From: Eledone cirrhosa
Lineage: Eukaryota
Reading direction: 5' to 3'
Assembly (NCBI GenBank): GCA_964016885.1
Contig: OZ024742.1
Coordinates: 148,428,001-148,492,000, forward strand
DNA length: 64,000 nt
Notes under the pieces: model-generated
What the model was told of the DNA's origin: nothing
Databases searched by the model: none
What the model saw: the letters and a program-made list of their open reading frames with translations, nothing else
Shown here: piece by piece, positions 55,303-64,000 of the stretch
Layout of the letters: the number at the start of each line of letters is the position of its first letter
How positions within the stretch are numbered: the stretch's first letter is position 1
Translations under genes and position numbers: made by a program

Positions 55303-57895
55303 CTACAGGATGGTATACAGAGAAGGCCTATTTACACGAGCCATTCTCGCCACTATTACCCACCTTTCATAAAACTGCCTGTGGCCAAGCACCTCTCTCT
55401 CCATTCTTATCCTTCTTCCGAAGTGATATCGGAAGAAGTAGACCAGACTATGGCCAGAGAGGAAGTTTCCTGACCTCAAACCTTTCAATCGTGTCCACCA
55501 AACAACCTCTTTCAACATGGCTATTACGCACAGAAAAACCGCCTTTGCTTCCTTTGTGAAGAGGGGAGGCGGCTTGATTGTCATCACGGACTCGGCGGTC
55601 AATCGAATCGGCGCCACCCGCGACAGCAGTTGTTCGGCGTAGCCCCACAGATCAGCCACGCCCGGACATTGCACCAATGCGTGCGCAACGGTTTCTTCGT
55701 GACGCACGCATCTAGGGCAAATCTTTTTCGAGGGATCCCTGCCCGGGCGCCCGTGTCTGTAGAGCTTTTCTCGAACGGGTAGAGCCCCCCGGTAGCACTG
55801 CCAGGCCAGTGACTTCTGGAAGTTGTCCATTGGTCCCGGGCCGAAAGTCCTACCGAACAGGCTGGCAAGTTCGTCCTCTTCCATGTCCAGCGACTCTCCA
55901 AGGGTGTCATCGCCCCTGCTAGCCACCAGCCCTCTATAGAATGACGAGGTGGATTCTCCACCGATCGCCGGGTCCGCTTGCCAGAGAGCCCTGAGCGCCT
56001 GGGCACATTCAGTGTGCCAGTCGCCCAGTTTTCCGGATCTTTGCTTGACCCAGGACTGTAGCTCGGTGAGCGAGACGAGTCTCGGAAAGGCTCGTCTCAC
56101 GAACGGAGCCCACACCGGTTGAACAGTGAGGAATACCTGTAGGTGCCGTAGCCTTAATGCGTGCCTACGCATCATCAACCACGGCATCCCCAGCCCTCCT
56201 TTCGAAGGTTGTTGGCAGCAGATGGATCTTCTCACCATAGGAGGGCACTTCTTCCAAAGAAATTGAAAGAGCATGCGTTCCATTGGGGTAAGTGTTTCCT
56301 TAGGGCAAGGCACGACAGTCAGGTGGTAGTAAGTGACGGACGCTATGTAAATGTTCGCCACCTCCGCCCGACTTTTTAGGGACAGCTTACACTTGGCCCA
56401 TTTCTGGGTTAGTGCAAACACCTTGTTCGTAACCTCGCCCCAGTTCTTTTCCACCTGGAGGTCCGGTCCAAACCAGACCCCAAGCAACTTCACCGTCAAG
56501 TGTCCGACGACACCGTCGTGAGGCATCGGTCTGCCTCTCCACGTTCCCAGTTGCAGCCCGATGGATTTTTCCCGGTTCAGTTTCGCTCCTGACAACCTTT
56601 CGTATTCCTCCAGTAAGGTACCGATCGCCTCGATCTCCGAGTCGGTCGATACCATTACTGTTACGTCATCGGCGTAGGCCGACACCGCTTTGCTCAATCC
56701 TGGTTCCAGGGGGATACCCTGCAACAACTCCAACTTCCTCAGTAAAGGCTCGAGAGTCAATACGTACAGAAGGGAGGAGAGAGGGCACCCCTGTCGAATG
56801 GATCGTGTGATTTCGAACGGCTTCGAAAGGTAGCCGTTCACCTTGATCCTAGAACAGATGTGGTTGCTATGTAAGGCAGTGATCCAGCCTCTGAAAACAG
56901 GACCGAACCCAGCCGCCGCTAGCACCGCATCCAGGTAACCATGGTCGACCCTATCGAACGCCTTAGACTGATCCAAGTTGATCAGGGCTCCACCGAAGCC
57001 GGGTTTGTTGCCAACCCTCTCTATGATGTATCGCATGAGGTGGAGGTTGTCGTGAATGGACCTGGATGGGATAGCACATATCTGCGCATCTCTCACCAGG
57101 CCACCCACGACAAGCGCCAACCTCTTTGCTAACACCTTGGCCAAAATCTTTAACTCTGTGTTTAGCAGGGTTATGGGCCGAAAATTATTTATACTATCCC
57201 CCTTGTTCTCGTCCTTCCTCACCAGAGAGACTACGCCTTTGGCTACAGAACAAGGAATTCTCCCGTTCTGCTGCCAATTGCAGTAGACTGCTTCGAGGAG
57301 TTCGGAGAAGAAGACCGGCATTGCTAAATAAAGTTCGTAAGGTATACCATCGAGACCTGGAGATTTGCGTCTGCTGCATTGGCTCAGCGCATCCCCGATC
57401 TCATCAGCCGAGATTGGTCCCTCGCAGGACTCTGCCTCTTCGCTCGAGAGACGCGGCAGGCCGTCGAGGTATAGACCGAAATCCACGTCCCCGCCCGGAC
57501 CCTCGCCTCCCCCGAACAATCGGGCAAAGTGCCTTTGAAAGGCCTCGCACATCTGCTTAGGCTCCTGGATCACCCGTCCATCCTCGTCTTGCAAAGACCG
57601 GATGGTGGATCGATTTCCACTCTTAGCTTCTCTCACGCGGGCCCAGCCAACGGCTTTGGCCCCCTCATTACCTAGAGCACGTATTTTACTTCGAATGACG
57701 CAGCCTTCGTGCTTTGCATCGAAAAACTGGCTCAAGGCCGTCCTCGATGCCAGCACTCTGGCCACATCTTCGCTCTTGATTGCCTCTTCTAATTTACCTG
57801 TTAATTCTTTCTCGTTCCTATTCCTATCGGCAGCTAACATCTTGCTATAACTTATTGATTCTGTTCTAATCTCTCTTTTGAGAGATGCCCACCAT
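55303..57895 (-). CDS. LINE ORF2 reverse transcriptase plus C-terminal zinc finger (frameshifted from the endonuclease part)
   Basis: KSPGLDG, FRPITLLN, LDQSKAFDRVDH, IRQGCPLS, AYADDV, GGLG and CPRC..EETVAHALVQC. The frame extends upstream of 57840 as RWWASLKREIRTESISYSK. Confidence 0.92.
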
Positions 57896-58711
57896 CGTCA
57901 ACATCTCCTTAACTAATCTGCTAATCCGGTTTCTGTAATCCTCTTTTGCCGGTAAAGACAAATTAAGTTTCCAGTAACCGGGGCCCTGGCTATGTGTTTT
58001 CTCGAGATTGACTACGCAGGTCACTAATTTGTGATCTGTATAGCCAACCGTGAGCATTTCTGGACAGCTTAATATGTCCCTATCCTTACTTCTAACTAAG
58101 AATCTATCTAAGTACGATCTAGATTGACCACTGTGGTTCGTCCAAGTCCAGGTTGGCACAGTTGGAAAATCTAGTCGATATCTATCGACCAAGTTAAAAC
58201 GGTCGAGTAACCCCTTGAGGCTGTTACACCCCCCTCTATTAGGACATGCTCCTGCATAATCCCAACGTGCATCTAGGATGTCATTCCAATCCCCCGCTAG
58301 AAGCAGGGAACGCGACGTTCCCAGAAAAGCCTCCAGACGCTGGAAGAAGTCGGGTCGTTCATCTCCGAAAGGGGAGTAGACGGCGACCAGTCTCAAGGCC
58401 GCACCTCCACTACTGCCAACGTCTAGCACCAACAAACGACCTTCCGGGTCGGAGTGAACAACCTGTACGGCGAGACCCAGGTGTTTTTCCAGCAGTACGA
58501 CAACCCCACCCCCACCTCCAGGTTGACAGAGAGATGCATGCACCTCAAAGTCATCGAAGGTAGGGGCCAGCTGCCGCACGACGCTGATCCGAGTCTCACA
58601 GATAACCATTACATTTATACCACGTGACCTGAGGTCATTTAGAAGCTTTACTTGCTTCCAAGTTGAGCCCAGGCCACGTGCATTCAAACATCCTACTCTT
58701 AACACATTCAT
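57866..58711 (-). CDS. LINE ORF2 apurinic-like endonuclease (APE) domain
   Basis: LNARGL, ICETR, GGGVVVL, GRLLVL, VYSP, LAGDWN, SYLDRF, TDHKLV and GPGYWKLN. Confidence 0.92.
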   Translation of the reverse strand: MNVLRVGCLNARGLGSTWKQVKLLNDLRSRGINVMVICETRISVVRQLAPTFDDFEVHASLCQPGGGGGVVVLLEKHLGLAVQVVHSDPEGRLLVLDVGSSGGAALRLVAVYSPFGDERPDFFQRLEAFLGTSRSLLLAGDWNDILDARWDYAGACPNRGGCNSLKGLLDRFNLVDRYRLDFPTVPTWTWTNHSGQSRSYLDRFLVRSKDRDILSCPEMLTVGYTDHKLVTCVVNLEKTHSQGPGYWKLNLSLPAKEDYRNRISRLVKEMLTMVGISQKRD

Positions 58712-60621
58712 GTGGGCGGCAAAGCCAAAGGAGAGTGTAGAGACCTACCTTTCTGCTTCCCGGGGTTCGGGTCGCACGACTTCCATGGGGTCGGGGGTGA
58801 TGGGTGAATGGGTGTCTTGTGGTGGTGTGGTGGTGTGGGGTCATCAGTGTGTGGTGGGGTTGGGGTGTTTGGAGTTGTGTTGGGGAGGAGAAGGGGAGGG
58901 GGAAAGCTTTTTAGTAGGACGCGGTTTATGGGTTTGACAGAGGGTGGTCCTACGTCCTCCTTAAAATCCTTTTTTAGTTTTTGGTAGAGGTTCATTGGGA
59001 TCTTTATTAATTTTAAATGTGGGTAGTTTTCTGAAGTAACAAAGTTTACACCTTCGGTTTGTACCGAAGGGTTATTGTTTATGAGTTCATTTAATTTATT
59101 ATTGTTTCTGTTGATGTAAGTATAGTGTAATGTCTTTTTTTCGGATGGTGTGAGTGTTTCGAAGAGGGGAGGGGCAGGTTTGGTTTTGTTTGTTGCTGGA
59201 GGGGTGTTTTGTGTTTTGTTGGATTGTGTTGACATTTTGGTAGGGGTTGTTTGGCCTTGTGTGTTTTGCACATGTTTTCTTTTTTTCCTTTTAATCTGTC
59301 TGAAGGACTCCGTTTCTTCCTCCGAATTCGTTGGGTTATCTTCAGTGTTGGAGGGAAGAGGTATGTTTGCTGGTAATGTTTCCGTGTTGGTTTTCTTTGT
59401 GGGGGAGATGGATGTCACTATGTTAGACTGTGTTGTGTGTTGTGGCTGCGGTGGTTGTGTTGTTTTATTGAGTGAGGGGTTGGGTGGGACTGTGTTTTGT
59501 TTTTGGGTAATGTGTTGTGACTGTTTGTGTTGTGGTGGTGGTGTAGTTTTACTGAGAGACGGGTTATGTGGGACTGAGTTTTGTTGTTTGTTTATCTGTT
59601 GTGGTGGTGGTGGAGCGGGTGTTGGTAGCAGGGTTTTCTTCTTGTTGAGTTGGGGACAAGCCGCCTTCAGGTGCCCTCTGCCTGCACAGATATGACAGGA
59701 CGGCCTTCTCCCCTCCACGCTAATGTTTATATACCCGTGGCCCTCTAATAGGATTCTGTCGGGTATTTGGGCAATGCGTTCAGGCTTCATTTGCACTACA
59801 AGTTCTATACCTGTTCCACTAAACGCATTGCCTGTGGTTTTCCCAATGGAAATCACGTTGTCATTTGCTGGATCGATGAAGCCAGCTATGAGCCAGCAGT
59901 AGTCCACATCTGGCATCATCGCATCCAGCCATATGCGCTGAGTTCTTTTACCCATATAAGATGGATAAAAGGTAAAATTTGTCGACAAAGCACATTTTTT
60001 TGCCGCCGATTCGTTCTTCATAATAATCGCTAGGCTTCCATACAGTCTGTCTCTTCTTATGAAAGTGGTTTCATTAAGTACTTCTGTAAGTACTGCTTTG
60101 ATTTCTGTTTGTGTTGGCTGTTGAGGTTTTTTAGAAATGTTGTTGATGGTGCGGAAAACGACCGTCCCACTTTCAATGTCTTTGGTGAGTTCTTGAGGCA
60201 TTTTTTCCGATAAAATACCATTTTCCCCTTGAGTTATGTATTGTTTGGCGTCTTTAATTCTTTGTGCCACATCTGAAATATTTTCAGGTATATATGTCAA
60301 AGATTTCTTTGTTGTTTGTGCAAATGAAATATTATTGGTGTTGACTTTGTCGTCTGCTTTGCTTTCTGTTATGATGTTGTTTTCAAATGTTATTTTTGTG
60401 TTTGTTGTGTCTTTGTTTGTGGTATTAATATTGTCATGCAATTTTTCAAATTTATTTTTGTTGTTGGAATCAATGTCCAGATTTGTGTTTTCGTCATTTT
60501 TCTCCGCACATTCGTCTGTTTTTATTTTATTTTTTCTTTCTTTCTCTATGACGTTAGTTGGGAAGGAAGAGGGGGGACTAAAGCGTGCGAGCTTACAACT
60601 CTTACCGCTGTCCCCCCCCAC
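58708..60621 (-). CDS. LINE ORF1 (gag-like nucleic-acid-binding protein with CCHC zinc knuckle)
   Basis: 637-aa ORF directly upstream of ORF2, with CHICAGRGHLKAAC, a basic RKKRK patch and a Pro/Thr/Gln-rich linker. Confidence 0.85.
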   Translation of the reverse strand: MGGDSGKSCKLARFSPPSSFPTNVIEKERKNKIKTDECAEKNDENTNLDIDSNNKNKFEKLHDNINTTNKDTTNTKITFENNIITESKADDKVNTNNISFAQTTKKSLTYIPENISDVAQRIKDAKQYITQGENGILSEKMPQELTKDIESGTVVFRTINNISKKPQQPTQTEIKAVLTEVLNETTFIRRDRLYGSLAIIMKNESAAKKCALSTNFTFYPSYMGKRTQRIWLDAMMPDVDYCWLIAGFIDPANDNVISIGKTTGNAFSGTGIELVVQMKPERIAQIPDRILLEGHGYINISVEGRRPSCHICAGRGHLKAACPQLNKKKTLLPTPAPPPPQQINKQQNSVPHNPSLSKTTPPPQHKQSQHITQKQNTVPPNPSLNKTTQPPQPQHTTQSNIVTSISPTKKTNTETLPANIPLPSNTEDNPTNSEEETESFRQIKRKKRKHVQNTQGQTTPTKMSTQSNKTQNTPPATNKTKPAPPLFETLTPSEKKTLHYTYINRNNNKLNELINNNPSVQTEGVNFVTSENYPHLKLIKIPMNLYQKLKKDFKEDVGPPSVKPINRVLLKSFPPPLLLPNTTPNTPTPPHTDDPTPPHHHKTPIHPSPPTPWKSCDPNPGKQKGRSLHSPLALPPT

Positions 60622-60883
60622 TACTATTTTCGTTAGCTTCGTTTAACATTCGTTTAACATTTCTGTCAGACGATTGAAATTTTTATGCCACAGAATTTTA
60701 AAAAACAGGTTTTTCACCCCTGGGAGGGGCGAAGATGAGCTGACCCACCGCCTGACAGTTCAGACGGGGGGTCAATAGTATCAAAATTAAAATTGAACTT
60801 ACAAAATTTCCGCAATAAATTTGAACAAAACTTCTGCGCGAAGTGAATTACATCTACGCTGTAGAACAGACGACAGCTAGATT

Positions 60884-60957
<74 letters not shown>

Positions 60958-61002
60958 GGTATAGGTGGTAATTTTGATAAGGAGGGCGAACAAGGTGGGA
61001 GG

Positions 61003-61127
61003 AGAAGAAGAAGAAGAAGAAGAAGAAGAAGAAGAAGAAGAAGAAGAAGAAGAAGAAGAAGAAGAAGAAGAAGAAGAAGAAGAAGAAGAAGAAGAAGAAG
61101 AAGAAGAAGAAGAAGAAGAAGAAGAAG

Positions 61128-61186
<59 letters not shown>
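61003..61186. repeat. (GAA)n-(CAA)n compound microsatellite
   Basis: Direct reading. Confidence 0.95.
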
Positions 61187-61286
61187 GTCGCAGGTACGAT
61201 ATGGGCCGCAATTGATAAAGATATCCCAATTTCTACGATTTCATCTTTCAACTTGACCAAAATATTATTTCAGTCATTACGAAACA

Positions 61287-61965
61287 TTCTTCTTCTTCTT
61301 CTTCTTCTTCTTCTTCTTCTTCTTCTTCTTCTTCTTCTTCTTCTTCTACGCTCATTTGTCCTTGGGAGGGTCATGGGGGAAGAGTCCTCAGACACGCCTT
61401 CCAGAGGATCCTGTCAGAAAAAAACGACTCTAAACGGTCCGGCTGGATCTCCAAGCGAGACCAGCCGAGGTCATGGATGTTATCTAACCATCTTGCTCGT
61501 GCTCTACCTCTGGGTGTTCTGCTGGTTGAATTTGCCCATAGAATATGTTCAGAGATACATTCCTTAGACATCTTAACCACATGTCCGTAATACCGGGACT
61601 GTGATATTTCGATTCGGAGAAGTATCAGCTATACATGGATCGACTCCATAATCTCCGAGCAACGCACCCTATCGAGTAACGTTACTCCAAAGACTCTTCA
61701 GAGGAACCCCATTTCGGCCGGTTGTATCCGCGATCGTCTTCTTTCAGGCAATACTCAACATAACCATACACACAAACACCGAATTGTAGATAGAGAATTT
61801 GACTTTTTCACCTACCCCCTATTTCTGATGTTCGAGCGCTGTAGTTGGCGCATTAGTGAACCGGCTCCAACGATCATTGCCTTTTATTCAGCCTCCTGCC
61901 TTCCATTGTCTTCACTTGTGAACATAGCCCCAAGATACTTGAATTTCTCCAGCAGCTTCACTCAT
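61287..61965 (-). mobile_element. RTE-clade LINE 3' fragment with (GAA)n tail
   Basis: EKFKYLGAMFT, RIQPAEMGFL*RVFGVTLLDRVR, SQSRYYGHVVKM, PRGRARARWLDNI and DRILWKACL. Tail at 61287-61347. Confidence 0.85.
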
Positions 61966-63032
61966 AAGCAGAGTGCATTGCACTTGGAAAATTTCAACAA
62001 CGCGTTAATTACGTTGAAACGGGATTGAGAATTCTCAGCTCGGCAGTTTCTCCTTCAGCTATTGAATGCTGCGGAAGAAATCTGCTCAGTGGGACTCTGA
62101 GTGGCAGGAGGACACCCTAATTCAATCAGAAGATTAAAGATGCCATCCAAGCAAGGAGGCTTACAAAGCTTGACTTAGAAATAAGTCTTCCTTCTTCCAC
62201 TCACGGTACAAACAGGCGTGAAAATTCACAGCAGAGACAGTAAAGGCGTTAAAGTTTAAGACATGGAAGGTCAAGCTGGATGCGACTTTAGATCAGATCT
62301 TTTTATTTTATTTATTTTTCTAATGTGGTGAGGTTGTCGTTTGTATTTTCCTCTTTTCATCTTTTTAAGAGTAATTAACAGTAATAGTTTCTAATTTACG
62401 GATTCAATGCTATAAGTGCGATAAGAATCTTTTGCTCTATAACAAGAACGAGAGTATAATTATTGTTTACGACTAGATGTCTTCAAAGTCAAAAGTTTAA
62501 TTATATAACAGGCTTCTTAACATTTTTCAATACCTACAACGGATCGTAGTAGTTTGAACGCTACACTAGATATAGCAGTAAACTTCCAGATATATAATAG
62601 GTTCAGAAAATAATTGTTTCTAATTTAGGTAGATCAGCAATTGGGGAGAGACGAAAATCGATTAGATTGCCCCACTACGTACCCAGAAGTGGTACATTAT
62701 TTTATTGATTCTGGAAGGATGAAAAGCAAAGGAAACCTCGATCGGACTTGAACTCAGTAATTAAATGCCGCAAAGAATTTTATCTGACGCTCTAACAATT
62801 CTGCCAATCGACCGCCTTATACATTCAGAGAAAAATATATATACTATTTCATAGCGAAGAAAAAATATATACAATGTTCATGATTTCCTTAAAAGGTTAG
62901 GGAATAATTTAAACACGAGAGAATACTTCAAATATACAAAAACATTGTATAGTGAAATTCTTGTCGGTGAGTTCACATTGACAATCTATGTATATGTAGC
63001 ATCATGTGTATGCCTGTGAAACACAACTGTGT

Positions 63033-63118
<86 letters not shown>

Positions 63119-63499
63119 CAAGATATTGTGGGTAACTGCTTCTGTGTATATATCTTGATACTCGAGGAAAGCCATAACAGTCACATTTTAATAGAAATTT
63201 ATAAAAAATATGTTACCGACAACAACGGCAAGGAGGCATCCAGGCAGATGTTTCAACTGCCTTTTTTCAAAATAAAACAACAAACAAACATCTCTTTTAA
63301 TAATCGTACTTAATTTACTTGGAGACGCCTAACATATTTTGATTGGTCAAAATTAGTTCAAACAAAATCAAGCTGTTGTTTCTATGTAAAAAAAAAAATG
63401 CAAACAGAAGAAATATATCGATTGCACTTTTTAAAGAGAATTTACCGATGCTGTATATACCATAGAATTTAAGCCAGTGAACCAGCAAGCACGGGGTTC

Positions 63500-63740
63500 A
63501 GTATTGTGTCTCAGGTTCAAAAGACCAAATGTTTAAGTCAGTCACACTTATAAGGCGCTGAGCCCCGCGAGTTAGAATGGCTTTTCCAGCGCGTCTCCCT
63601 TGCCGTCCTCCAGGGGAAACGCCTTCTCTATTCTGTCCGCCTTCTCTATTCTGAATTGTCATTAGCATTTTGTCTATTGGTACCCCCTCTCTCTTTCTTT
63701 TATTGATAGTATATGTTATTTTAATAAATATTTGCTCTAG
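63500..63740 (+). mobile_element. CRE-like (RLE-type) non-LTR retrotransposon 3' fragment
   Basis: EPRELEWLFQRVSLAVLQGNAFSIL resembles the QRLS.A.QRGNA C-terminal motif. AATAAA lies at about 63723. Confidence 0.55.
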
Positions 63741-64000
63741 GGTTCTTATATAATTGATATATATTTATCCTTATCGAACCCTCTTTGGAAGTATATTATT
63801 ATAAAATAGTATAATTGGAAAGCAATATATAATAGAATATATATAATAGAATATATATAATAGAATTAGTTTGTAATTACTCTTTGGATAACACTTTAGT
63901 CTCTCCTCATATTTATGATGTATATCTGAGTGTCAGGATGTAAGAACATCTGGGAATCAACATGTAAGAACATCTGTGGATCAAGAACATCTATAGGTCA

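Larger units (their letters stand above)
55085..60880 (-). mobile_element. Near full-length Tx1/L1-clade LINE inserted in (GATA)n
   Basis: 5' UTR, ORF1, APE-RT-CCHC ORF2, and AATAAA at 55097-55092. (AGAT)n tracts at 55033-55084 and 60884-60955. Confidence 0.93.

Overview
This is a repeat-dominated, non-genic eukaryotic window. It is most likely an Octopus (coleoid cephalopod) intron or intergenic region, inferred from the tRNA-derived SINE families and the extreme microsatellite load. No host protein-coding exon is recognisable, and most ORF-track entries are translations of simple repeats. Coding content is all transposon-derived: a nearly full-length Tx1/L1-clade LINE (55085-60880, minus, one frameshift), two Penelope-like GIY-YIG fragments, five R4/Dong-like restriction-like-endonuclease 3' ends, two RTE 3' ends, a CRE-like 3' end, a non-autonomous Helitron and a decayed Gypsy integrase. 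There are three large tandem arrays: a 42-bp minisatellite of about 6.7 kb, a 33-bp array born inside a SINE, and a 5.7-kb (CTA/CTT)n. The main hidden signal is twelve type I hammerhead ribozyme motifs from about eight sequence families. They sit in Penelope-type inverted or tandem terminal repeats next to (TA)n tracts, and include a U3-A8 core variant and a pair showing G-U/Watson-Crick covariation. A second signal is apparent microsatellite target partitioning: Tx1 in (GATA)n, R4-like elements in (CATA)n, and Penelope/hammerhead units in (TA)n. All alignments and folds were done by eye.
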